The position numbers and the translations under genes were made by a program. From positions 62,001-126,000 of the forward strand of contig BAAIJX010000053.1 in assembly GCA_054600435.1 (NCBI GenBank): a stretch of 64,000 nt of DNA. Direction: 5' to 3'. The stretch is from Neophaeotheca triangularis (Eukaryota). Shown here in pieces: positions 1 to 13,363 of the stretch (position 1 is its first letter; the number at the start of each line of letters is the position of its first letter). The notes beneath the pieces are model-generated. The model was given only the letters and a program-made list of their open reading frames with translations, had not been told where the DNA came from and ran no database searches.

Positions 1-432
1 TTACTGCACATCCCGCCTTTGCCTGTGCCCTGATAAAAAAGCAGCGCATCTCGTCATTTCCTAGACACGTCACGTGACTTGAGTGATGCTGTAACATGAG
101 GCTCTGCGGCGAAGGGCACATCTAACCTGGAATCTGGGGAAGGAACAGGAACGGCTGGAGCTTGGTGACGTTTGTCGGCCGAGCTTCCATTCCATGGATG
201 CTCTCGTCTCGTGCCACCTTACGAAGGCAACCGTGTCGCACGCCTGCAACAAACCACAACCAACTCTGAAAAGGCACAAAGCCATCCACCGCATAGCCTG
301 TTTCCAACAAGCTCGTCTGCTTGAATCATTCGAACGATTCATAGGCACTCAACCAACAAACACTGTTTGGACCGACAGTGACACACTCGAAGCGCGGCTA
401 ATAGCAAAGCTGCTCTTCGGAGCCCCCCTACC

Positions 433-3400
433 ATGAGGGCGCAAAATTGGGCGCCATGGCTCTCAGCAGCCTTCACCCTGCTCGCCTCGTCGCCACTCAT
501 CTCGGCAGCTGCAAGGTCAGGCCCTGATCTCACAACCAAACACGAAGCAGGTCGATGCGCCATCCGCGGCCATTGCGGCAAACAATCCATCTTTGGCTCC
601 GAGTTGCCTTGCCCCGATAACGACCTCGCCGAAACCCCCGAAGCCGACGTCCGCAAGAAACTCGTCTCCATCTGCGGCGACGAATGGGCAGACACCAAAG
701 TCTGCTGTCGCGAAGAGCAAATCGATGCTCTGCAGAGCAACCTCCAGAAAGCGCAGAACATCGTCTCCGCCTGTCCGGCTTGTAAGAAGAATTTCTTCGA
801 CCTTTTTTGCACCTTCTCCTGCTCGCCGGACCAGTCGTTGTTCGTCAATATCACCGAGACCGAGGAGAAGAGTGGGAAGTACTTGGTTACTGAGCTGGAT
901 CAGCTCATTAGCGATGACTTTGGCAGCGGATTTTACGATAGTTGCAAGGATGTCAAATTCGGCGCTACTGGTGGCAAGGCCATGGAGTTCATTGGTGGCG
1001 GCGCAAAGAACTATACGCAGTTGCTCAAGTTCTTGGGTGACAAAAAGCCTTTCCTTGGCAGCCCGTTCCAGATCAACTTTCCGAGACCAAACGAGGCATT
1101 TGAGAAGGCCGGAATGGATACCGTTCTTGAGAAAGCGAAGCCCTGCAACAGCACGGATGAGCGGTACAAGTGTGCCTGCGTGGACTGCGAGGCCAGCTGC
1201 CCTGCTCTGCCGGATGTGGAAGAGACCAAGGAGTGCCATGTGGGACTGCTGCCGTGCTTGAGCTTCGGCGTGGTCATTGTCTACTCTGTCTTCATTACGC
1301 TTTTGATCCTGGCTGTATCGGGACATGTTGCCGCTGCGAAGCACCGTAAGAGCAAGAACGAGCGCTTGCAGCTACTGCAGGACGCCTCGCCGAGCGATGA
1401 TGAGGACGAGGGTGACATAGTACACACTGCTGGCTTCTCGGATCGCCCGACCAAGCACTACTTTGTCAATACTTGGTGCGACAAAGCTTTCAGCTCGCTG
1501 GCCAGGACGTGCGCCAACTTTCCGGCCATCACAATTGGGTCTTCGATTGTCGTTGTGGGACTGTTGAGCTTGGGATGGCTCCGCTTTGAGCTCCTGACTG
1601 ACCCTGTAGACCTTTGGGTTGCTCCCAACTCGGACGCGGCGCAAGAGAAGCACTTCTTCGATACGAACTTTGGGCCTTTCTTCCGCGCCGAGCAGGCTTT
1701 CCTTGTTAACGACACAGGTCCAGTCATGGATTACGATACGCTGAAATGGTGGTCCGATGTTGAGAGAGGTATCAAGGTCATGAAGAGCATGGGTCACGGC
1801 TACACGCTCGACGATGTCTGCTATAAGCCCACAGGGGAGGCTTGCGTCATACAGTCCATCTTTGAGTACGGTGGCGCTTTCGAACTTGATCGGGATACCT
1901 GGCAAGACACGCTACAGGACTGTGCTGACAAGCCTGTGGAGTGTCTGCCTGCCTTTGGCCAGCCACTACCCATTGAACGACTTCTTGGAGGCTATAATCG
2001 CACAACCCAGTCGGTATCTGACGCCAAAGCGCTCATCGTCACCTGGGTCGTAAAAAATTACAACCCTGGCAACGAAGAGCTCGACAAAGCCGAAGAGTGG
2101 GAAGAGAGTCTCAAACGCTACCTACTCGATGTCGCAGGCGAAGCTGAAAAGCGTGGCCTCCGTCTAAGCTTCAACACCGAGATCTCGCTCGAGCAGGAGC
2201 TGAACAAGAACACCAACACGGACGCCAAGATTGTGGTCATCAGCTACATTGTTATGTTCTTCTATGCCAGTCTTGCACTTGGCAGCACCACAGTCACCGT
2301 CGCCTCCGTTCTCCGCAACCCAGTGGGCGCAATGGTGCAGAGCAAATTCCTTCTCGGCGTCGTCGGCATCCTCATCGTCCTTATGTCCGTGAGCGCGAGT
2401 GTTGGCTTGTTCGCTGCTGCTGGCGTCAAGGCCACTTTGATCATCGCAGAAGTCATACCGTTTCTGGTGCTAGCTGTTGGCGTCGACAACATTTTCCTCA
2501 TCGTACACGAGTTTGAGCGAGTCAACGTCAGCCATGCCGACGAGCCTGTTCCAGAGCGTGTTGCTCGTGCTCTCGGCCGCATGGGTCCTAGCATCTTGCT
2601 CTCTGCCAGCACGGAAACTGTGGCCTTCGCGTTGGGCGCTGCTGTCGGCATGCCTGCGGTTCGCAACTTTGCAGCATACGCGGCTGGTGCAGTCTTCATC
2701 AACGCAGTCTTGCAGGTCACCATGTTTGTTGCAGTGCTTGCACTCAACCAGCAGCGTGTCGAATCCGGTCGCGCTGACTGCGTGCCTTGCCTCAAGCTGA
2801 CTAGGGGTGTCGATTCCACCATGCCGAATGGCTACGGCGGCGCGCCCTTCAGCGGTGTTGACGAGGAGGGCTTCCTCAGCAGGTTCATCCGTAAGACCTA
2901 TGCTCCTGCCATACTTGGTAACAAGGCAAAGGTTGCGATTATTACGATTTTCCTGGCCTTCTTTACGGCTGGTCTCGCGCTATTGCCAGAGTTGGAGCTT
3001 GGTCTGGACCAGCGCATCGCTATTCCCACTGACAGCTATTTGATCGACTACTTCAACGATCTGTATGCTTACTTCGATGCTGGACCACCAGTGTACTTTG
3101 TCACCAAGAATGTCAATGCCACAGACCGTGTGCATCAACGTGAGCTTTGCAGCAGATACAGCACTTGCAACTCTTACAGCTTGACGAATATCCTCGAGCA
3201 AGAGCGGAAGCGGCCAGAAATCTCGTACATCTCCGACTCGACCGCAAGCTGGTTGGACGATTACTTTGCGTGGTTGAACCCAGATAACGAAAACTGCTGC
3301 GTTGGCTCAGATGGTCAGCCATGCTTTGCCAACCGCGACCCGCCGTGGAACATCACTCTCTCCGGCATGCCTGAGGGCGAGGAATTCGTACAATACGCCG

Positions 3401-4381
3401 ACCGCTGGCTAAAGTCGCCAACTACTGAAGAGTGCCCACTCGCTGGCCAAGCACCCTACAGTGACGCTGTAGTCCTACACAGCGACATCCCCTTCGACAC
3501 TCCAGCTACCCACTTCCGCACGGCCCACACCCCCCTCCGCAGCCAGCAGGACTTCATCTCAGCCTACGCCTCCGCCCGACGCATCGCATCAGACATCTCT
3601 GAGCACAACCCCACTCAACCATCTGTCTTCCCGTACAGCAAATTCTACATCTTCTTCGACCAATACGCATCCATAACCCGGCTAGCAACCGCCCTAGTCG
3701 GCACCGCTCTCGCCTTGATATTCGTCCTCTCCTCCTTCCTCCTCGGCTCCATTGCCACGGGCCTCGTAATCACCCTCACAGTAACCATGACCGTCGTCGA
3801 CATCGTGGGCACCATGACCCTCGCAGGCGTCTCCCTCAACGCCGTCAGCCTCGTCAACATCATCATCTGCGTCGGCATCGGCGTCGAATTCTGCGCGCAC
3901 ATCGCCCGAGCCTTCACCATCCCCTCTGCCAGCATCCTTGAGCGCGCCAGCGGCAAGTTCCGTGGCCGCGACGCCAGAGCTTGGGCCGCGCTCGTCAACG
4001 TCGGTGGCAGCGTCTTTAGCGGTATCACCGTGACGAAGCTACTCGGCGTTTTCGTTCTGGCATTCACCAAGAGCAAGATTTTCGAGATTTATTACTTTAG
4101 GGTTTGGCTTGCGCTTGTGCTGTGGGCGGCTTTGCATGCATTGGTCTTTTTGCCCGTGGCGTTAAGTTTGGTTGGAGGGCAAGGTGAGCTTTTCCCCCTT
4201 CATTTCCCTTCTCTGCCCTCTCTACCTTTCTTGGTTTTTGCAAAGAGGATAGCGTGCTGACTTTTATTGTTTCGTAGGCTATGTTGACCCCGAAAGCGAC
4301 GGTGGGCTCGAGCAGGACCTAGCGAGTCGAAGGTACAGGGCGCTTCTTCCCGAGGACGAGTATGATAGTGATGAGTATTAG
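433..4381 (+). CDS. NCR1: Niemann-Pick C1-like sterol transporter (patched/SSD family)
   Basis: Signal peptide, Cys-rich NPC1 N-terminal domain, sterol-sensing domain (IIAEVIPFLVLAVGVDNIF), FFDQY and GIGVEFCAH motifs. One intron 4184-4277 (GTGAGC..GCTGAC..TAG); last exon ends ...EDEYDSDEY* at 4381. Confidence 0.96.
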
Positions 4382-5020
4382 GTGCGTTCGTTCTGAAGGG
4401 TGTGGGGGTCTAGGCTTTGCATCATTTTAGTTGTATTGTTTTGTGCATAGCGAGCTTAATACCCGACGTCTTCGGATCAGTGACGACTTGATTGGTTCCT
4501 ACCTCTGCTGCTGCGCTTTTGTAGTTGCAGGCCCCTTGCGCTGGTGGTCTTGAAACCTTTGTTGAAACCTGATTAACCTTCGAATTTCAGGGAGGATCTC
4601 GCCCCTCCCTTTGATTGGTTTTTCCTTACTCCGTACATTTGCGGGAGCTTTTGCCGGAGATTCGCGCTCTTGTATGTTGTTGGAAGCGAACGGTTCATTT
4701 CCGGCTCTTGTGGCTCCTTCGTATGGGGTTTCGCTCGACTTTTTGGGCTTTGCTCGACTCTTTGAGCTTTGGCTATGCTTCGCGCTCGCCAAGTCAGTCA
4801 TGCCGGGGAGGAGGCGGTGGTGTTTGTCGGAGGGGGAGCAGAGTCTTCCCGGCGGCCTATTCCACCGATTTCACTTGAGCCCACAACATACTTGGGGCTA
4901 AAACGTTTTGGGTTTGGTGGGAAGGGGTTGCTGAAAATAAATACAGGGTTATAAATCATTACTATCGTTACTGTCCGCTTTCAGTCATCATTGTCTCCAG
5001 CTCTCCACTGCCTCACCCTT

Positions 5021-5659
5021 TCAAGTGAAGGCACAGCCCTCCTGCACATTAATAATAACATCGTCGAGCGAGCTGCCAAGCTCCTCGGCAACATCCAACC
5101 ACTTCTGAATCTCCTTTTCAGTCCTGTTCTGCTCACGGCTAAGCACAAAGAGCGTGGTGAAGTTCGAAGCCTGCACGATCGCCCAGCCGCGCTTCTCGTC
5201 AAACTCCTGGACAATGTAGTTGGGGCCCGGGCATTCCGCCGCAGGCTGCTCGCCCAACTGGACACGGAAAACGCCCTCGTCGCCGTAAGCCGAGTTGGCG
5301 GGCGTCGCGGTGCCCTCGATGGTGATCTCTTGCGGTCCGTCCTCGCCCTGGGCTTGGCAGCCGTTGGCCACGGCGACGGTGCCGTCGTCGTTGAGACTGT
5401 ACTCGGCGTAGATGCATTCGCAGTTTGCGGTGAAGGGCGCCACGGTGCCGGCGACTTGGTACCAGCGGCCTAGGTAGGAGTCGAGGTCGAAGTCGTCAGT
5501 GGCCTTGGGGTAGAAGCATTGGCGGTCCCAGATGGCGGGGGCGACGTCGACGATGGGCTCGCAGGCCTGTTCATCGCGGCGGCTGTGGCGGCGGTGATGG
5601 ACGGGGTTGGCTTGCGTGCTGGCGAGCAGCGTGGCTGCGATGGCTACTGTGGCGAGCAT
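5021..5659 (-). CDS. Secreted lipocalin (ApoD/Blc-like)
   Basis: Signal peptide, dibasic RR pro-region, lipocalin SCR1 motif DLDSYLGRWYQVA, C-x-C-IYAEY, SCR3-like FVLSR; intronless, 212 aa. Confidence 0.88.
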   Translation of the reverse strand: MLATVAIAATLLASTQANPVHHRRHSRRDEQACEPIVDVAPAIWDRQCFYPKATDDFDLDSYLGRWYQVAGTVAPFTANCECIYAEYSLNDDGTVAVANGCQAQGEDGPQEITIEGTATPANSAYGDEGVFRVQLGEQPAAECPGPNYIVQEFDEKRGWAIVQASNFTTLFVLSREQNRTEKEIQKWLDVAEELGSSLDDVIINVQEGCAFT

Positions 5660-8005
5660 TTCTGGGGGTGTAGAGGTTGGAGTGGTGGGTTTGTTGGGCC
5701 TGGCGTGGTTGCGAGGTGTGGAGTGTTTGGATGTACCTCCTAGGACTTACTTGCGTACTCTTGCTACTACTCATTATATCGTTGACATTCGCCTGCGGTG
5801 TCGCAGCTGATAGGCGAGCTCCCAAAGCATCTCTGAACCTACGCCAACCTCGAATGCAATGCACAATGCCATGTCCGCGGGTGGTGGATGGGTTGTGACG
5901 AGGCCAAGATCACCATCGGGTCAAACGTCTGCGAGGAGAGTGGGCGACGTAGAATCTCTGTGTCACCAGGTTGTCCAGCCCCATGGAGTTTTGTCCTTTC
6001 CTGGGCTACGCGTGAATCGTAACATGCAATGCGGTCATACACTCTTGACTCGCGAAGCTATCTGAACGATCCTCAGTAGATGCTGAGCAAGATTGATGGT
6101 GCTTTCGCGAGACAAACGCGAGTTTGCTGCGTGTTCTGGGCTTCTGGCCGTTCCATCGACCATGGTCCATGGGAGTACGACATAGACTTTCGGGCTGCTG
6201 CGGACATGCAATGTGACGTGCGTACCAAGAGCTTCGGTCGACTTCACCTGGTCGATATCACCGATGTCCTCGGTAACGCCAAACTGTTACGACATCGAAT
6301 GACTGCGGATGTCCAGAGTTATTGCTGACCATGTTGGTAATACAAGCATTCGCGAGGTTGCTAGTGGGTATGTTGACGTTCATCAACAATGGAATGCTGT
6401 GGTCAAAGGTCAAGACTCAACAGTGCCGCTAGGTCCGGGAAGCATCATTGATTATCAAGCAGGAAGTTTTCCAAGCCTGTGGAGCTTATCGAGAATACGT
6501 CCGCCTTGCGTGGTGATCAGTCTGTTTGAGCAACGTCGTCTTGCATTTGCGCAGTAGGGCAAGCCAGGTCTCGCTGTTGCGAGCGCAAGGAGATACCATG
6601 CTTCTTGACATTCTGCCCGAACCATGTCGCGCGGCATGGAACAATGCTCGTGCAACTCAAGGACAATCAGGCCCATCTGGTATCTTCTGGCCGGCCAAGG
6701 ATCGAGAAGGAATACCCAAAACCCCTCGTCGCGAAATTTTGCAGGCAACAGCCCATATGTGATGATTGCAAGAGCAGAGAAGCTCCTCTGCTGACCGAGC
6801 GGACACCCAAAATACCGCCTTCGCTTGGAGTTCTATAACTATATCCGGTATCGCGATCACGAGGCATGCGAAATGCTTTTCCCCCGTTGTGTCTAAGGAT
6901 ATGCGAGCGGAGGTGAAAGCGCCGTCGGATCTAAGATTGCTGCATGCTCGCGCCTTGGAGGTTCTGCAGTAATTTCTGAGAATGACACCCTGTCGACCTG
7001 CTGGCCGTAGATTGGTATTGAAGATACCTTATCTGGGACTTCCGTGGCTCGATCCATCGGTCTGCGTGGTGGCTGTATGCCTCGGACTGAAGCTTCATGC
7101 TGGTAACCGGAATGCTTTGCAATGCGATTTGAAAGAATGTATGGCAGGAGCTTAGGTACGAGGGCTCGTTTGAACATCCAGGTGGATGAGAAGGCTTTCT
7201 CGGTGGAGTGAAACGGAGGTAAGTAAGAGAAATCTCTTGGTACTCTCACTTGGGGTGCTGCCTCAGGCTCAAGCGAAAGTGTGATTCTCAAGTTCAAAGT
7301 ATATATTTGACATTTGCCTCACAACTTTTATCCAGCTGACTAGAGCGTCAGCGCTTTAGTCTACTGGTAAGTTTCTTCTGCGAAACGGGAAGCCTTCTTT
7401 CACTTTCCCGATTGGGAAGAAATAGCAAGAATCCCCAGGTGTCTACCGGATCTCTCCAACGGGTATACTGAGACGCTCAGCCTTGGGGCTGCAGTGGGAT
7501 CGGGGTAGTGCCATGCGAAAGCGTGGTCGGTTCTCAGACGTTGGAGGGAGTCGACGGCCATCGAGTGAGATTCTTCTTTTTTCGCCCTCGCGGCTACCTT
7601 TAGGGTGAGTGTGCCGCGTCTTGTACAGCGTTCGAATCCTATGCTCGACGGGCTTTGTTTTTTGCAATGTATAACATGATGCTTATTATTGCCTTTTCTA
7701 TCACTTACCGTACGCCGGAGCAACTTGGAAATCATGAAACCTGTGATCCAAGCCATGAACTTGGCCTGCTGCCTTCACTCCCCATGTGATGTTCCGGCAG
7801 CAAACAAAACCAACAACATCCCATCTCAGCTTCTACACTCATTCCCCCTTATCCAAGATTCTACCTCTTCGAGCGTTGGTCGTCTACTTGACTGGTACAG
7901 CCTCACCCTAAACTCAAACCACGTCTTCAACAGCACCATTCCCTGCAAACACCACACCACAACCCTCAATCTCTGCAGCACCAACAACACCACACAGACC
8001 CAACA

Positions 8006-8508
8006 ATGTCTTTCTCCCACATACACCGAGCGGTCCGCTGCAAACTCACTCCGACGGACTTTGAGCCGAAGTGACCGCGAAACTCCACGAGAAACCATTC
8101 GACGCTGAAAGGCTCATCCCGGCGCTGGGCACCGCCCTTGCAAAGTGGCATCTCCCTCTATACGAACGCGCGCAGTACGAACCGCTCTACCCTTGGTGTC
8201 TTATTATCGACGAGAAAAGGTCGAGGGAGGCCAACGACTAGTGGGCATTGTGGTTTGATACTGCCAAGGCCCATCTGGGGGACTTGCGTGACGGGTACGA
8301 GGACCAGGGCAAGGATCAGGAGGGCATTGATGGGAAGATGAAGATGTTCGAGCAGTTGCTCGAGGATGTTGAGGCCGCTTGGTCTGTCGGCGGGACTGGG
8401 GTCGACAGGACTGAGCTGAGTGAGTTGTTTACTTGGCGTTTTGACTGGCGTGTGGAGTTGCTGACTTTGATACCAGTCACTTTCTTCTTCAGGATCCAAG
8501 AGCACTGA
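8006..8508 (+). pseudogene. Possible small disrupted gene of unknown function
   Basis: ATG in good context (CAACAATG, 8006). Reading continues in another frame after ~8060 (EVTAKLHEKPFDAERLIPALG...), has an in-frame TAG at 8239, then WALWFDTAKAHLGDL...FFRIQEH*. Confidence 0.35.
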
Positions 8509-10711
8509 GCCTCGAAGCTTTTTAGCTTTACACGATGCGACAATGGAGCGACGACGCGATGCGAAGCTGGAGGGAATGGCTACCCTACCGACTACGAGTG
8601 GACTTGGTCAGGCGGACACCTTATGGCGGAGCCAGCGAGAGAGACAAGACTTCATCTGGCTTTTCTCCAGCTTCTAAAAGGCGGAGCGTAACATGTTTAC
8701 CTACCAAAGCAAGGCCTCCGATTCCGATACAGCTGCTCCTATGTTCTCCAAGCAGTGGTGACCATTCTCGACAGCTGTATCTGGTCGGTACCTTAGTATT
8801 CTCATAGATTACATCAGATCCCTGCCGTAAATACCGAAAGCGTAGCAAACGAAGATCAAGCGACATGCCCTGCCTCATGGCAATGAGCGGTTCCTGTTCT
8901 CGACTTCCTAGATGCGGCAAAGGGTAATGGTATATTAAGGCTACAGCAACGATGGAGGCCTTTCGGAGCTTGGAGCGGCGGACGATATGTAGGTATCGAT
9001 GTTGCTAGATGCCTTGGAACGACTTGTAACGAGGACGTGTCTACAGTGGTCGTTGCTTGCTCGATTTCACCGGTTGCGTCTGGAATGCAAAGACTGCCAG
9101 CCGAAAGCGGCTCGTCCGGGCTCCGCTCGCTTCAAGTTCAGACGAGCTGTGAGGCAAGGAGGAACCGTTTCAGCGTCTTTTACGCTCGCTACAGTGCAGC
9201 AAAGCGTTTGGGTCTTCGCACGCAGTTTATCATCTAGAACTCCTTGCCATTATTATGCAAAGTGTTACCACCCGAGCAACTCATACCATGGTGTCAAGCG
9301 CTCTATAGAAGATGCAGCATCACCCATGTAAATTCCGAGAAAGACCACTGCAACACCCCACCTTTTTTGATAAACGACAATGCTCGTATACCATACGTCC
9401 TTTTGCTAGTCAAAAATCACAGCGCCAGATGAATAGATTGAATAGACATCAGCCGGATCTGCCCAAAACAGGGCAAACAAAAGGAATAAATCAAGTCAAT
9501 GTAGCCACTAGAGAAAAGCAGAAAGTGCCGTACCCTCGAGAGAGCACGCAAGTATAACGTCTCCACACCCGCCAACAAGCAAAAAACTCCCGAGGTCCTC
9601 TCTCCGCAACAAAACAAAACAAACCAACGCACCAACCCATCCCTACGCCATCCTTCAATTCACCTTCCGCACTCCGCGAACCCAATCGCCAGTCTCGAAC
9701 ACCCAACTTACCTCTCACCCTACGCAAACCACGAAAGTGAAAACCCTTCTCCTACCTAAAAGCCACCCGGCAGAGCTACTAAAGAAAAACCAACCAATCA
9801 ACCCATAGAGTAAAAACATCAAGTAGAACCTCGAGCCGCTAGCATCACAACAGTAGCAGCAGCAGCAGTAGCAACCAAACCCGATCGAATGAAGAAAGTC
9901 CGTCCCGTCCATAGCACCCAGACAGACCCCTTATTAGCCGCAACGAGCGCCGCGCGGAAGAAAGAGAGGAGAAGCGAAGAGGTCTAGTCTACATAATAGT
10001 CTAGCCTAGCACCCCCCCTACCGACCGCGGACCGGCGGACAAACGATAGCCAGAAAACAGAGTTCAAAAGCCCAAACAACCGTTCGCAGCGAGCTGCTTC
10101 CAAGCCAAAGTCTGTTTTAGCGGCGATCTTCCGGACAAGAATCTATTGCTTGAACCCTTTTTTTCCCCCTCCCTCTCTTCTCTCTTGCGGGTCACGACTC
10201 CCGACTCACGAGTTTTGTTACCGCGGTGCCTGGATTTAGGGTTGAGGGGGCCTTGGTCAATGGCTGTTTTTAGACTTTAGTCGTGTGGCTGCGTGCATGA
10301 GATCTGGGGTTTATGGTTTCTAACTACTAGGATTTGTATCTTTCTTCTGGCTCTTAGCCTCTTTGGTCTATGAGAGGTTTTTGACTTTGGTGCTTCCGGG
10401 AGACGAGGACTACTATTGACTGCCGGGATGTTGGGGTCGTTTGTTCTTCTTGTTGTTCCGGGAGCCGCGAGGGCAGTTCCTTTCTCCCGGAGCGAAGTTT
10501 TGCTGGCTTGGTGCCCGGGGGTGTGGCTTGTTAATGGGTTTGGTGAAACGTTGGGCTGGCTTGGGTTGGGGTGTGCGAGTCGTGACTGACTTGGCTATTT
10601 GCGTGGTGGGGTGGGGATGGCTTGAGTCGTGGTTTTGGGGGAGTTTGGGCCCTTGAGTAGGATGGGTGGGTGGGTGGTTAGGGTTGTTGGTGTTGCGTGT
10701 AGGGATGTTGG

Positions 10712-10760
10712 AATGGTTAATGGTTAATGGTCAATGGTTAATGGTTAATGGTTAATGGTC
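10712..10760 (+). repeat. Left subterminal heptamer array (AATGGTY)x7 of the hAT element
   Basis: AATGGTT/AATGGTC tandem units directly inside the left TIR; degenerate copies recur at ~14287-14328. Confidence 0.9.
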
Positions 10761-10849
10761 TAACTATTGAGCGATTTGGCCGTTAACTATTCAAGCTTGG
10801 ACTATTTCACGTAATCCTTATTTAGGGTACTAAGAGCCCTAAGACAGCT

Positions 10850-12900
10850 TCTAAAGTTGTCAAAATTGTCTATAGTCTATAAAGTAGCCTTTAAGAAGTA
10901 CTAAAGTTATTAGACATAGGTAAATAGCGAGACCCTTTATAGGAGTACTTTACTAGAGTCTTTCTAATCCTAGCATCTTAATACCTATATATTATATATA
11001 AATATTGCCTTAAGGCCTAAGCTAATAAAGGACTTAAGAGGCTTAAAGTACATCTTAGAAAGTGTTAGAGTCTTCTAGAGATACTAGCTACATAATAGTA
11101 GCTAGAGACTCCCTAGCTAGACCTTTTTAAGAGTATATCCTTTAGCTAAAGTAGCTAGTAAAGCTCTTAAGGAGTAAAGAGGAAGCGCTCTCAATATATA
11201 GGCCCTATTATAGATAGACTATCTATATTAGACTAGTAAAACCTCGAAAACCTTTATACTAAATAGATCTATTCTTCTAGCCTCCTACTCTCGACAATAT
11301 TAAACCCTAGCCTTCTTAAGCTCTTTAAAGCCCTTAAACTAGCCTTTAAACTATTAATAAGATAGGCACTCTCTACCCTAATCCTAGATAGGATGTATAT
11401 CTAGAAAGTAATAGAAGTATTACTAGCTTTAGTAGAGGTAAAGAGAATTAGTCTTATATCTAATAGGTAGACAAATATTAGAGGAAAGGTAATCATTAAC
11501 TATATTACTATTACTAGAGACTCTACATACTTTCTAAAGAGACAATATATAGTAATAGATAGGCATACTAGGCAATACATTAGTAATAGGCTTTATAAGG
11601 TAATTAAAGAGCTTAAGGGTAATAAGGTTATCTCTATTATAATAGACAATATATCTAACATGAAAAGTAGCTAAGGGTTAGTTAAGGAAAGGTTTCTAAA
11701 GATAATTACTATTAGTTACTATTCTCACATTCTAAACCTCCTTAGTAATAATGTAATCAAAATACCTAAGCTAAAACCTATCTTTAAGAGCTATCTTAAT
11801 GTTGCTAAATAGTTTAAAAGACATCTAATAGCTATTATAAAGGTTAAAGAAAATATACTAGAAGACTAGACCTTTAAAGCCTTTTAACTACTAAATAAGA
11901 TAAGATAGTAGGGTAAACTATACTATATTGAATTAGTCCTTAATAACTAGAAGGGGATCTAGTACACTCTACTTAATAAGTCTCTATTACCTCTAAGGCT
12001 ATTAAGGACAGATACATAGAATCTTAATACAATTAAAGACTAGATACTATAGAGTAACAACTTCTAGAATCTGTATAAGCTAGCTAGAGTACTACGACCG
12101 ATCCTCTAGATTACTATAGTAATAGAGATAGAGTCTCCCTCCTTTAGTAAAGTATATAGATATCTCTACTAGCTAATAAAAGCTATAAAGATACTATTTA
12201 GCTAGGATACTTCTTAAGCTCTTTCTTAGATTTTTAGGAAGAGAACATAGTAAGTATACTATCTACTAATAAGTATTATCTACTTTATAGACCTAAGGAT
12301 CTAGACTTAGCTAATTAAAGAGGATAAGATTATACTAAGGGTTATAGACAGTTAACTTAGACAAATAATAGAATAGGTAAAAGAGCATAGCTTTATTAAG
12401 GGTAATTTAGTAGTAGGAAAGCTTTTTAGGCAATCACTATCTTTAAGAGAGAGAGAGGGTATCTTTAGTAATATACTTAGCTAGTCTACCTATGAATATA
12501 TAGGATTAGATAGCTAGTAGAAGCTTTAGTAACTTAAAGTCCCTAAACTAGTAGAGATAGCTACGATTTCTTTAGTAGTTATAGCTTCTTTAGGGGAGGT
12601 AGAGAGGAATTAGTCTAAGTATAGTACTATCTATTCCCTTCTTAGGAATAGACTTACTCTTAACTAGGCTAATAAGTTAGTATACCTCTACTATAACCTT
12701 AAATTCTAGTATTTAAAGAGTTTAGGGCTATTAAAGCTTCTATAAGAGGAGGGGGATCTAGATAATAAGAGCTACTTTAGAGATAGGGTAGTATCTTTAG
12801 ATAGTGAATATAGGCTATAGTTTCTTATAGAGGAGGACAAGTAAGAGGGAAATAACTCTAGGGACTTTAGTAGAGTTATAGATCTAGCTTTAGAGGATTA
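10850..12900 (+). pseudogene. hAT transposase relic (DUF659-like core plus C-terminal dimerisation domain)
   Basis: One frame gives RIP-altered hAT motifs: SNR*T (11459, ancestral SDGWT), IDNISNMK (11642, ancestral TDNASNM), SHILNLL, and VERN*SKY..YSLLRNRLT..ANKLVYLYYNL (from 12599, ancestral ERNWS..HS..RNRL). Ends approximate. Confidence 0.88.
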
Positions 12901-13363
12901 AAGAGCTAGAATTTTAGGGTTTAGAAGCTTTAGGAATAGTAAAGTAGCTATTTGGTTTAGCTTTAGCTATTAGGGTTAGAGTTTATGTTCTTATCTAGAA
13001 GCTTTAAGAGGTATTATATTAGCTATATCTTTTAATATAGAAGTGAACTTAGACTATAAGTGAAGTATAGAAGCCTAAGCTACTTCCTATTATGTCATCC
13101 CTTATAGTAGGCTACTAGATTAGGCTAGTACGAGTATAAGTATTATTGTTAATATATCTTAGACTTTTCTTCTCTTCTACTTCCTCTCTTCTAAAATATC
13201 TACACTACTACTATTACTACTACTATTACTATCCCTACTATTAAAGCTTTAGTATAGTATCCTAAAGTACCTAAAGTAGTTCTATAATAATAGAGACTAT
13301 CTAAGGCAGGGAGAACTTCTCTTTTAAGGCTATCTATAAGTAAAGTGAAGTTTTTATAATTGT

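Noticed and set aside
9891..9910. GAAAGTCC resembling the RNase P/MRP CR-I motif
   Set aside because: No matching CR-V/P4 partner found downstream.
10712..10760. Heptamer array as interstitial telomere or CRISPR-like repeat
   Set aside because: Unit is AATGGTY, has no spacers, and lies inside hAT TIRs.
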